A stretch of DNA of 64,000 nt from a virus: the IMG/VR virus record IMGVR_UViG_3300044496_000045; one strand, given 5' to 3'. The translations under genes and the position numbers were made by a program. The notes beneath the pieces are model-generated. The model was not told the DNA's origin. It did not search any database and saw nothing but the letters and a program-made list of their open reading frames with translations. Shown here one piece after another: positions 54,839 through 63,691 of the stretch; the stretch's first letter is position 1; each line of letters opens with the position of its first letter.

Positions 54839-54849
54839 GAGACTGATCG

Positions 54850-55119
54850 ATGCCGGATGACGATCCTCTCGCGAGCGCCAAAGCCTTCCTCTCCCGCACG
54901 GAAAAATCGGTACCGGCCACGCCGAAGTCGTCCATTCTGTCCCCCTCCAAGGTGGGCAAACCGAAACCGAAGATGAAGCAGCGTACGACCGATATTCGGC
55001 TCTATGCCCCCGGTGAACAGGATCAGCCGACATCGATCCAGCAGAATATCGAAATGCGCAAAAAGCTCCAGGGGCGCGCGGGCGGGCGACGGAAGCGCGG
55101 AGGGAGTCAACGTGCCTGA
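54850..55119 (+). CDS. Small basic protein (89 aa)
   Basis: AGGAG RBS; Lys/Arg-rich. Confidence 0.7.
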   Translation: MPDDDPLASAKAFLSRTEKSVPATPKSSILSPSKVGKPKPKMKQRTTDIRLYAPGEQDQPTSIQQNIEMRKKLQGRAGGRRKRGGSQRA

Positions 55120-55324
55120 GAATCCATCGCCCCCGTCGATGATCGAAAAGCTGCGGGGCAAGCGCACGAGTGATATTCGCTTACCGATGCCGGCGGATGG
55201 TCGTCGCGATCCACGGCTGGGGAAGCCGTCGCCGGGCGCAAAGCTGATCGAGGGTGTTGATCGCGCGCGTGATATGGTGCGCAAGGCGAAGCGGCCGACC
55301 AAGCGGGCCGCCGCACGTCGGTAG
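55112..55324 (+). CDS. Small basic protein (70 aa)
   Basis: GGAGGGAG RBS, GTG start. Confidence 0.65.
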   Translation: MPENPSPPSMIEKLRGKRTSDIRLPMPADGRRDPRLGKPSPGAKLIEGVDRARDMVRKAKRPTKRAAARR

Positions 55325-55332
55325 GAGGATCG

Positions 55333-55512
55333 ATGCCGCCCTACACCGCCGTCACATCGAAAGCGCAATCGCGTAAGCTGTTTGCCCTCGCGGGGCGTGG
55401 CGAGATCGCCGAATCGGAGGCGCGCGGCAAAACCCGAGCGGCGAATTTCAAATCCCTTCCGGAACGAAAAGCCAAACGTGGATCAAAAACTCGATCGCGC
55501 AGTCGACGGTGA
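55333..55512 (+). CDS. Small basic protein (59 aa)
   Basis: AGGAGG RBS; SKAQSRKLFALAGRGEI...LPERK resembles a widespread phage SKAQ-motif peptide; not in the ORF track. Confidence 0.7.
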   Translation: MPPYTAVTSKAQSRKLFALAGRGEIAESEARGKTRAANFKSLPERKAKRGSKTRSRSRR

Positions 55513-55699
55513 CGGCTACACGGCCGCGGTCCGACGCCTGCGCGACGCGGGCTGTCGGTGCATGCTGCGCTGGGACGATCGGAGCGGTCGGTGTGTCCCG
55601 GCGACCGGCTGTGCTCGGCAGACTGATCGGACGACGTGCTATTTTGTGGTAGAGAACAATTCATGCTCCGACGGTACCGCACCGCCCCCGGCGGCCTGA
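55478..55699 (+). CDS. Possible Cys-rich peptide
   Basis: AGCRCMLRW...RCVPATGC; fills the gap, weak RBS. Confidence 0.3.
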   Translation: MDQKLDRAVDGDGYTAAVRRLRDAGCRCMLRWDDRSGRCVPATGCARQTDRTTCYFVVENNSCSDGTAPPPAA

Positions 55700-55705
55700 C
55701 GCCCG

Positions 55706-56122
55706 ATGCCACGGTTCCTCCTGCACCTGTGGTCCCTGCTGCTCGCGCCGTGGCGCGGCCTGCACGCCCTCGTCCAACTGCCGTCGCAGTTGAGGCAGTG
55801 GCAGATGACCGTGGAGGAGCACACAGCCGTCATCCGCGAAACGAACGATCTGTTTCGGGAGCTGCTGATCGCGATTGGCCAAGGGCCGTCACAGACGCCG
55901 GAGACGCCACGCCTGTCGGCGACGCCCTCCCTCGTCGAGCGCCCGTCGTCGAGTCCATCGAGTGGCCTGCCCCCACTGCAGCCCGCACCGCCCCCGGAGC
56001 CGCAGAACCCGAAGCGCCTGCGGACAGCACGGGACGTGACGTACAGTTCCCGTCAGTTCCTTCGCGAACAGGACGATCGCGTCGAGGCCGCGCGAGCACC
56101 CTGGCGCACACCGGGGGCGTAG
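55706..56122 (+). CDS. Hypothetical protein (138 aa)
   Basis: Amphipathic N-terminus, Pro-rich middle; upstream of the terminase genes. Confidence 0.65.
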   Translation: MPRFLLHLWSLLLAPWRGLHALVQLPSQLRQWQMTVEEHTAVIRETNDLFRELLIAIGQGPSQTPETPRLSATPSLVERPSSSPSSGLPPLQPAPPPEPQNPKRLRTARDVTYSSRQFLREQDDRVEAARAPWRTPGA

Positions 56123-56145
56123 ACCGCCGTGGTGGTGGTCGGCAC

Positions 56146-56883
56146 ATGGCCGATCCACTCCCCTTCGATCTCAAAAAGCAGGATGAAATCCGTGTGAAGT
56201 TGCGCGATGCCGTGCGGCGGATCGCAGGGGGCAACGGCGCAGTGCCCAAAGATCTCCCCACCCTCCCCGGCGTGCAGTCCCTCGCGATCGCCACCCGCTA
56301 TATCGACGGTGGCCGGCCACGCTTCATCGAATTTCTCCAGATGGGCATGCTGAATGGCTTGCCGAGCTGTTGCAAGTTCTGGGTGGTGTACGCCGATCTC
56401 CTCCCTGGCGAGCGCCACAAGGTCAGCTACGATGATGTATGCGCAGCAGCCGGTGTGCGGCCGTCCGAGCTGATGGCGGAGATCGTGTCGACCGGGATGG
56501 AGTTCGGGACCGATGTCGGCAATCTGGCCGCCGCGGCGCTCCACCCGGCGATCGTCCATCAGACCGGCAAGTCGGCCAAGCGGATCGCCGGCCAGTACGC
56601 GGACATCGCGCAGAAAGATCGCCACGCCATGCTGCAGGCGCGTGGGTTTTTGCCGATCCCGAAGGGTGCGACGGTGCATGTGCATGCCAACGCCAGCGCC
56701 AACGCCCAGGCGGCGGCAGCAGCGTCGGCTGATCCGTCCGTCCCCAGTTTCGCGGACAACATGGCCTCGTTGTCGCGCCCGCGACAGGGCGTGCAGCAGC
56801 AGCTCCAAGCGGCCAATCCGGATCTCGATCCGATCAGCGACGCTGACATCGCAGACGCGGTACTCGTCGACCGAGACGCGTAG
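56146..56883 (+). CDS. Putative terminase small subunit
   Basis: 245 aa helical protein directly upstream of the large terminase; HTH-like SYDDVCAAAGVRPSELM; call mostly positional. Confidence 0.5.
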   Translation: MADPLPFDLKKQDEIRVKLRDAVRRIAGGNGAVPKDLPTLPGVQSLAIATRYIDGGRPRFIEFLQMGMLNGLPSCCKFWVVYADLLPGERHKVSYDDVCAAAGVRPSELMAEIVSTGMEFGTDVGNLAAAALHPAIVHQTGKSAKRIAGQYADIAQKDRHAMLQARGFLPIPKGATVHVHANASANAQAAAAASADPSVPSFADNMASLSRPRQGVQQQLQAANPDLDPISDADIADAVLVDRDA

Positions 56884-56885
56884 CG

Positions 56886-59093
56886 ATGTACGACCGCGCG
56901 ACGACGCAGCGGATCATCGAGGCGGTCAACCAAGAGCAGGGCTGGGATCTCCAGTACCACACGGCCGGCCAAATCGACCACGCGATCAGCCATTTCAAAA
57001 ATCTCTACGATCCTGAGCAGCGGCAACTCGTGCGCCCGCTCGCGAAGGATGAAGCCCGCTTCATCGAAAACGAGCAGAAGCTGTGTGCGCTCGACTTCCG
57101 CGGCTATTGGGTCCGCCGGTACGCCAAGATCGTCGATTGGGCCAAGCGGCCGGTCGCCTTCACGCCCAACGTCGCGCAGGAAATCGTCATGGATCTCTGG
57201 GCCGAGCGCGAAGCGCAGGGATTAGCCATCTGGATGCAGCAGCTCAAGGCCCGGCGCCTGGGCGTCAGCACGATCTCCGAATTGGCCGTCTGTCACCGCT
57301 ACCAGTTCCATCCCTTCTCGAACTGCGTCGTCGCCTCGGCCGATCCGGACAAAACGATCCAGATGGCCGGCATGATCAAGTACGCGCTCGACGAGCAGCC
57401 GTGGTGGTTGCTGCCGCGCACCACCAAGATCAAGGGGGGCATTCCCGTCGAGTTCGCCGATCTGCACTGCACGCTGACGGCGGAAGCCGGCAACCAGTTT
57501 ACCGGCGTCGCGCGTGGCGCCACCCCGAACGTCGTACACCTCTCGGAGCTGTGTGAATGGCAGGATGCGGAGGATCTGGTCGACGCGGCGTTGATGCGCG
57601 CGATTATCGACACGCCGGACGTGTTCGGCATTCTCGAATCAACGGGCGGCGGCGTGGGCAATTGGTGGCACAAAACCTGGGAGCAGAACAAGCGCGATTA
57701 CCAGCGCGGTCGCGCGCGCGTGATCCCCGTGTTTCTCCCTTGGTTCGTCGGGACTGACCTGTACCCCTCAGAAGCCGATCTGCGCGCGCGACCAATCCCC
57801 CGCGATTGGGTACCGACCGATCGATCCGTCCACCACGCCGAACGTGCCCGATCGTACGTCCTGACCAACCCGATGCTGTTCAAGCATCTGGCGCACGGCA
57901 ACACCGACTGGCGCATGTCGCGCGAGCAGATGTGGTTCCGCGAGATCGAGTACGAAACCGCCAAGGAAAAGAAACAGCTCAACATCTTCCTCGCCGAGCT
58001 GTGTGCCGACGACTTCGAGGCGTTCCAATCCTCGAACATCCCGGTCGTCGATCAGGAAGTGCTGATGGCGTACCAGGAGCGCACACGGCCGCCGCGCGCC
58101 TGTTACACGATCATCGGGCCGGAGATCCCGCCATCCCTGATCGTCGCGCGGCGGCATTGGGATCAGACACAGCCCTCCATCACCATCAAGACACGCGAGC
58201 TGCTGCCGAAGTTCGACGCGACGTTTCAGTTGGTACCGCTGAAATTCGAGGGCTATCCGTCATTCGACGAGGCGCTCAAATTGCTGGTCTGGGAGTACCC
58301 GGAAGACGGCTACAGCTACGGCATCGGTGTCGACACGTCGGACGGCGTCGGGCAAGACAACTCTGTCATCCAAATCATGCGCGAGTCGACGCCGATGCGG
58401 CCTCCCGGCCAAGTCGCCGAGTTCGCGTACGACTACATCAAGGCGATGCAGCTCTGGCCGCTCGTCATGGCGGTCGGCACGTACTACTCCGTGTACAACC
58501 CGAAGGTCGGCCGTCGCACGCAAACCAAGCTCTGTATTGAGTGCCGCGGGAACGGCGAAGCCTGCCAGTACGAGCTGCAGAAGCGTGGCTGGAGCGCGTT
58601 CCACGTCTGGAAGCGGTACGACAATAAAAAGCCAACCCCTGATATGAACGCGCACAAGATCGGCATCTATACGAATCAGTGGTTCCGGGCGCAGATGATG
58701 GACATGCTGCTGACGTGTGTCGACGAGGAAGCGATCGATCTCCCGTCGCCCTATCTCGTCCAGGAATTGGTCACGCTCGAACGCGATCCTGATCAGCAGA
58801 AACAAAAAGCGGCCTACGGCGCCAATGACGATCGCGTGATGGCGATCGGGTTTCCTCTCTTCTCGCTCCACGTGGGCAAGCGCCCGAATCAGCAGTATTC
58901 GCGCCGCAAGGTCGAGTACGCGCCCGGACTGGCGGCCGATCCCTCCATCCCGCACCCGACGTGGCAGCCGCCCGCGCAGGCGAGTTCCCGCCCCTTCGCC
59001 GGGCGGATGACGCAGCCGTCGCTCCGCGACGCGGTGAAATATGGGAACCTTGGTCGTATCGTCAACCGTGATCTCCCGAAGGGCTACCGCTAA
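56886..59093 (+). CDS. terL: Terminase large subunit
   Basis: QLKARRLGVST (Walker A), VHLSELCEW (Walker B), ILESTGGG, IGVDTSDG and DDRVMA nuclease motifs. Confidence 0.92.
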   Translation: MYDRATTQRIIEAVNQEQGWDLQYHTAGQIDHAISHFKNLYDPEQRQLVRPLAKDEARFIENEQKLCALDFRGYWVRRYAKIVDWAKRPVAFTPNVAQEIVMDLWAEREAQGLAIWMQQLKARRLGVSTISELAVCHRYQFHPFSNCVVASADPDKTIQMAGMIKYALDEQPWWLLPRTTKIKGGIPVEFADLHCTLTAEAGNQFTGVARGATPNVVHLSELCEWQDAEDLVDAALMRAIIDTPDVFGILESTGGGVGNWWHKTWEQNKRDYQRGRARVIPVFLPWFVGTDLYPSEADLRARPIPRDWVPTDRSVHHAERARSYVLTNPMLFKHLAHGNTDWRMSREQMWFREIEYETAKEKKQLNIFLAELCADDFEAFQSSNIPVVDQEVLMAYQERTRPPRACYTIIGPEIPPSLIVARRHWDQTQPSITIKTRELLPKFDATFQLVPLKFEGYPSFDEALKLLVWEYPEDGYSYGIGVDTSDGVGQDNSVIQIMRESTPMRPPGQVAEFAYDYIKAMQLWPLVMAVGTYYSVYNPKVGRRTQTKLCIECRGNGEACQYELQKRGWSAFHVWKRYDNKKPTPDMNAHKIGIYTNQWFRAQMMDMLLTCVDEEAIDLPSPYLVQELVTLERDPDQQKQKAAYGANDDRVMAIGFPLFSLHVGKRPNQQYSRRKVEYAPGLAADPSIPHPTWQPPAQASSRPFAGRMTQPSLRDAVKYGNLGRIVNRDLPKGYR

Positions 59094-59662
59094 TGCCATT
59101 GATCGATGTGAAGTGTCCGCAGGATCACGTGTCGGAAGTCATGCGGCTGTTGGCTGACTGGCCGAAGACGCCCCCGTGTCCCGAGTGTGGTGCCGAGACG
59201 GTCCAGGTACTCCTGCCGTCGTACCTGCGCCATTCGCCGGATCCGGTCGTCGTGTTCCGCGGGCCAGATGGCAATTTCCGCTTTCCTGGGGACGCCAATG
59301 GCCCGGCGGCGGCACGGTACGCACGTGAGGGCTTCGAGCGCGTCGAGCTACGGGGTGCTGCCGATGTGCGCAGATTTGAGAAGGTCATGAACGCGCACGA
59401 GTATTCCCGTGCGGCCCGCCGCGTCGAGCATCAGCAGCAGTTCCGCGAACAGCGGGAGAAGCACATGCGGGGCGAGCTGCGGCAGAAAATGCAGTCCATG
59501 TCCGAACGAGGGCGGGAACTGGCCCGTGTCGTCATGCGGCAGAACGATCACAAGCCCCGCGAGCGCGTCCAGGATGCAAACTTCCACGTCGAAGTGTATA
59601 GTCAGGACCGTTCCAATCGGGACGAGTCCCGAGACGAGCGCGGACGCCGCAGGAGAGACTGA
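59093..59662 (+). CDS. FmdB-like zinc ribbon protein
   Basis: MPLIDVKCPQDH...PPCPECG. Confidence 0.7.
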   Translation: MPLIDVKCPQDHVSEVMRLLADWPKTPPCPECGAETVQVLLPSYLRHSPDPVVVFRGPDGNFRFPGDANGPAAARYAREGFERVELRGAADVRRFEKVMNAHEYSRAARRVEHQQQFREQREKHMRGELRQKMQSMSERGRELARVVMRQNDHKPRERVQDANFHVEVYSQDRSNRDESRDERGRRRRD

Positions 59663-59925
59663 TGGAGATTGCTGATCCCCGCATCGATCCCAAACTCGTC
59701 CCCGAGGGCTCTATCGCCAAGGTGATGAATGGGCCACGCAACGAGTACCACGATCTGCCCTCTGTCATCACGCCGCGGCCGGCGGTGATCACACGCTGGA
59801 CGCCTACGGAGGAAGAACGGCTTCGCATCCTCGGTGGCGAAGACATCTACGTCACCCTGGTCGGCCTCCCCATCAACCCGCTGTTCGTCACCGTTGGCCC
59901 TGTCGATTGGAATGAGATCGTCTGA
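59662..59925 (+). CDS. Hypothetical protein (87 aa)
   Basis: QNEYHDLP-like and TRWTPTEEER motifs; TGATG overlaps. Confidence 0.7.
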   Translation: MEIADPRIDPKLVPEGSIAKVMNGPRNEYHDLPSVITPRPAVITRWTPTEEERLRILGGEDIYVTLVGLPINPLFVTVGPVDWNEIV

Positions 59926-62075
59926 TGCCCCCCAGCCAATACGAAATTCCTCTCTTCGGCACGCCGGCTGATCGTCTGCTCGGGTGGTGCCTCGAAGCCC
60001 AAGGCGAAGGCGAAGCGTGGTTGAAGACGCAAGGGCCGACACGCGGCTGGGATGCCGATCTCCGCATGCTCTCCGCCCCCGATGGCGATCCCGAAGTCGC
60101 CGGCATGTCGAATACCGGCTACAACAAGGGCAAGCGCGTCGCGCGTGAGCTGGTCGCGTCGCTCGCCAACTTCCGTCATGCCGGCGAGTTCAAAGTCACC
60201 TGGGATCAATCGCTGTACGACCAAGCGCACACGCTCTCGAATCTGGATCGCAATTGGTGGTCGACGACGTACGCACACGCGGAAATGCGCCGTGGGCTAC
60301 AGTTCGCGGTCGGACTCGGGACCACCTACCTCTGGGAGACGTGGGACAAGCATTTCTGGAGTCCGTACCGGGGCGATATCCGTCTGCAGGCGCTGAACGC
60401 CCAGGATGTCACCTTCGTCCAGCTCCCGAAGGATCACAACATCCAACGTGCGTACGCGGTGATCATCCGCGAAGAACTCCCCATCAATCTCGCGAAGGCC
60501 GTTTACAGCGAAACCAACCGCGCGTTTGCCGAAGGGCTCAAGCCTGACCGCGAAACCCCCGGCTGGCTGCAGAAAGGGCTGCAAAAAGTCCAGCAGTTCC
60601 TCTCGCCCGCCCTGCGCGTCGCTGGGCGTATGCAGAAAGACAACGTCGGCTCGTTCCCGACCGTCGACATCTTTCACATGTACACGCTCGACCGCTCTAT
60701 CAACGAATCACCGTTCCCGGTGCAGATGGGGCCGTGGCGTGACGGCAAACCGCTGACGAATTGGAGCTACAAAGTCCCGGCCCTCGGCGATCCCGTCCCG
60801 CAGGAGAAGATCAATCCCGAGACGGGCAATCCATTCACGCTCCCGGCGACGCCCGAGAACTGCCGGTTGTTCCCGCTCCGTCGCTATACGATCTTCTCCC
60901 GCACCGGCGTCTGCTACGACGACACGGCGCCGAACTGGCACGGCGATGTACCGCTCGCGCGGATCCGCTTCAACGATTGGGCCTGGGAAGCTCTCGGCTC
61001 GTCGCTCGTCGGCGAAACGCGCACGATGCAGCAGGGGATCGAAGCCCTGATGCGCATGATCGAAGATTCGGCTGCTGCGCGACTTGACCCCCCGATGATC
61101 TACGACGACACGCGCGTGGCGCAGTCGTGGGCGCAGTCGTTCAACCCCCGCAAAGCGGGCGCGCGGGCCGGTGCTGATCTCAATGCCGGTGATCTCGTCA
61201 AGTACCCGGTCGACCCCGGCTACTACAACGTCCCACCCTGGATCCCCGACTGGATCAAGCAGCAGGAAGATCGCATCGACTACATGACGGGTGTCCGCGA
61301 TCTGGTCGCGGTCGCCAAGGCCCAGCAGATCCCCGGCGCCGACACGCTCGAAAAGCTGATGGAAATGGCCGGGCCGATCGTCCAGGATCTCGTCCGCGCG
61401 CTCGAACAGCCCCTGCAGCAACTCGGCGACTGGCGGAAGGCGTACTACTACCAGTTCTATACCCGGCAGCGGATGTTGACGGTGACTGGCCCCGAGGGGG
61501 TCGATCACGATGTGCTGTACGTCCCGGAGCAGTTGATCCCGCTGCAAGGGCTCGTCGATCCGCAGACCGGCAAGTGGGAAGCGACCGAATCTGCGGCTGA
61601 CCGCAGCAAGCGCGTCGCGGGCGACTCCCCCGAGCTGCGCAACACGCGCCTGCGTCGATCGCTCGACGACTTCCGGTACGAAGTCACCGAGTCCGGCATC
61701 AACGAAATCCACCGGATGTCGACGAAGCTGTTCTACATCCAACTGATGAAGGTCGGCTTCCCGATCTCGTGGTGGACGTTCGCGAAGATTGCGCAGATCC
61801 CGAACTTCGGCCCGCCACCTGAAGGGACCAACACCGAAATGGAACGGTGGGTCGCGCAGAAGCGGATCGAAATGGATCTCCAGCTCGATCTGCAGGAACA
61901 AGCACAAGCGCGGATGGGGATGCCGCCCGGCGGCGAGGGCGAGATCGCGCCCGGTGGAACACCGGGTAACGCACCGGGGGGCGGCGCTGGTCCCGGACGT
62001 CCGCAGAGTTTCCAGAAACCGCCTCGGCTGGAGTCCAAAGACGGCGGCGCGCGGAGTACGATTACCACCGCCTGA
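59925..62075 (+). CDS. Portal protein
   Basis: 716 aa between terminase and scaffold; helical/beta pattern with a disordered Gly/Pro C-tail. Confidence 0.75.
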   Translation: MPPSQYEIPLFGTPADRLLGWCLEAQGEGEAWLKTQGPTRGWDADLRMLSAPDGDPEVAGMSNTGYNKGKRVARELVASLANFRHAGEFKVTWDQSLYDQAHTLSNLDRNWWSTTYAHAEMRRGLQFAVGLGTTYLWETWDKHFWSPYRGDIRLQALNAQDVTFVQLPKDHNIQRAYAVIIREELPINLAKAVYSETNRAFAEGLKPDRETPGWLQKGLQKVQQFLSPALRVAGRMQKDNVGSFPTVDIFHMYTLDRSINESPFPVQMGPWRDGKPLTNWSYKVPALGDPVPQEKINPETGNPFTLPATPENCRLFPLRRYTIFSRTGVCYDDTAPNWHGDVPLARIRFNDWAWEALGSSLVGETRTMQQGIEALMRMIEDSAAARLDPPMIYDDTRVAQSWAQSFNPRKAGARAGADLNAGDLVKYPVDPGYYNVPPWIPDWIKQQEDRIDYMTGVRDLVAVAKAQQIPGADTLEKLMEMAGPIVQDLVRALEQPLQQLGDWRKAYYYQFYTRQRMLTVTGPEGVDHDVLYVPEQLIPLQGLVDPQTGKWEATESAADRSKRVAGDSPELRNTRLRRSLDDFRYEVTESGINEIHRMSTKLFYIQLMKVGFPISWWTFAKIAQIPNFGPPPEGTNTEMERWVAQKRIEMDLQLDLQEQAQARMGMPPGGEGEIAPGGTPGNAPGGGAGPGRPQSFQKPPRLESKDGGARSTITTA

Positions 62076-62077
62076 GC

Positions 62078-62116
62078 GTCATTTGCTTGACACGTGACAA
62101 TTGGTCTGCATACACT
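62078..62116 (+). promoter_or_regulatory. Promoter overlapped by a one-mismatch operator
   Basis: GTCATTTGCTTGAC 62078-62091; TTGACA(62087)-18 nt-TACACT(62111). Confidence 0.65.
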
Positions 62117-62150
62117 GTCGCGCAACCGTAGTTTGGTGGGAGGAACACGA

Positions 62151-62300
62151 ATGGCACGCAAGTCAGCGAAAAAGAGTCCCGGTGGCGGCCCAGGCGTCTC
62201 GACGATGGGCCAAGTGAAGACGACACAGACGCCGGTGTTCGGCCAGCGTGTCGCGGGCAAGCGATCGTCCGGCAAGTCCGGTCGCAGCGGGCGTCGGTAA
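62151..62300 (+). CDS. Very basic 49-aa peptide
   Basis: GGGAGG RBS; MARKSAKKSPGG...GKSGRSGRR. Confidence 0.7.
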   Translation: MARKSAKKSPGGGPGVSTMGQVKTTQTPVFGQRVAGKRSSGKSGRSGRR

Positions 62301-62308
62301 GGGATCAC

Positions 62309-62605
62309 ATGGCTGAAGGCGTCGCAGGCGCTGCGTCACCGACATCTGCGCTGCAGATGATGGGGGCGGGCGCCCAAGCCCCTGGTGCCGGCGCCGACGC
62401 GATGCAGGCGCAGCTTCAACAGACCGTCCAGCAGATCCGCCAAATCGGGGATCTCGTCCAGCAACTCGCAGGCGCCAATCCTGCTCTCGCGCAGGAAGCG
62501 CAGCAGATTGGGCAGCTCCTCAAACAAATGATCATTCGATCCGCGCAGCAGGCGCCGCAGCAAACGATGTCCGGGGCGATGACCCCTGGCGGCGGTGCGG
62601 GCTAG
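62309..62605 (+). CDS. Gln/Ala-rich helical protein (98 aa)
   Basis: AAGGGA RBS; typical small head-module gene. Confidence 0.7.
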   Translation: MAEGVAGAASPTSALQMMGAGAQAPGAGADAMQAQLQQTVQQIRQIGDLVQQLAGANPALAQEAQQIGQLLKQMIIRSAQQAPQQTMSGAMTPGGGAG

Positions 62606-62722
62606 TACGCCTCAGATGTTCACTTCCTCCCCTAGCGTGATTCGTCCCCGGAAGCCATACGTCCCGTATGGAAAGGGCGAATTGCATTCCACGTCCGGAA
62701 CCCGCGCGAGCGGGAAGGCGTA
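62606..62722 (+). ncRNA. Candidate multi-stem structured RNA leader of the scaffold/capsid genes
   Basis: TACGCCT/AGGCGTA outer stem; ATTCGTCC/GGGCGAAT; CCATACG-tcc-CGTATGG; CCCGC-GCGA-GCGGG (GNRA loop); RBS GGAG immediately 3'. Confidence 0.5.
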
Positions 62723-62733
62723 GGAGCAGAATC

Positions 62734-63642
62734 ATGCCGATCCCACAGTGGATGAAAGCCGATCTCGCCCTCACCGACGATGAAGCCAAAGTCCTGGATC
62801 CGCTCCTGACCGAGGATCGGGTCAAAAAGCTCGACGAAGGCCATCTGCGACAGGCGGACTACTCGAAAAAGATGAACGAGCTGGGTGGAGCGCAGACCAA
62901 GCTCGACGAGGCGTCCACGAAGCTCGAAGCTGAGATCGCCGAATGGGCGACCGTCCAGGCCAACGGGGAACAGGTCACGAAAAAGATGCGCGAGGATATG
63001 GAAGCCGCGCAGCTTAGCGTCACCAAATTGCAGCAGCGGGTGCGCTCGATCGCCACCGATGCCGGCATGGATCCCGAAAAGGCCCTGGAGGGTATCAACG
63101 TGGTGGTGAAGAAAGCGGACGAGACGCCGGCCGCGCCGGATCTGACCGGGTACGTCAAGGTCAGTGATCTCAACGGTCAGCTCGGATCCCTGGCCTCTAT
63201 GGCGCTCAAGCTGCCCGCCATCTTCGCGAAGATTGGCCGTGAGCATCGGGCGCTGACGGGACAGGATTTGGACGAGCAGGCGATCGTCACGGAGATCGAA
63301 CGACGGGCCAACACCAAGGGCAACAGTAAGTCGCTGGATCCGATCGCCATCTGGGAGGAGCAGCACGCCATCCCGGAGAAGCGCACGGCCGCTGCGAAAA
63401 AGCAGCACGACGACGAGATTGCTGCCGCCGAGGCACGTGGACGTGAAGCGGCGATGTCGGAAGCGTCGGTCCCCGGACAGCAGCCGCAGGGGCGGCATGC
63501 CCCGGTGTTTCAGACCGGCGGCGAGAAGCGGGAATCCGTACTCAAGCGGCCACAGCCCGGTCAAACGGTCAACGCGGCCGTCTCGGCGCTGCGGACGGGC
63601 AAGTATCGTACTGGCGGGGACGGGCAGAAGAAAACTGCGTAG
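62734..63642 (+). CDS. Capsid scaffolding protein
   Basis: 302 aa coiled-coil acidic protein directly before the capsid gene; LRQADYSKKMNEL motif. Confidence 0.75.
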   Translation: MPIPQWMKADLALTDDEAKVLDPLLTEDRVKKLDEGHLRQADYSKKMNELGGAQTKLDEASTKLEAEIAEWATVQANGEQVTKKMREDMEAAQLSVTKLQQRVRSIATDAGMDPEKALEGINVVVKKADETPAAPDLTGYVKVSDLNGQLGSLASMALKLPAIFAKIGREHRALTGQDLDEQAIVTEIERRANTKGNSKSLDPIAIWEEQHAIPEKRTAAAKKQHDDEIAAAEARGREAAMSEASVPGQQPQGRHAPVFQTGGEKRESVLKRPQPGQTVNAAVSALRTGKYRTGGDGQKKTA

Positions 63643-63691
63643 CGCGCGCGTTGCAGTCGTGACGGCGTACTCCGCATAAGCGAGGAACAAC

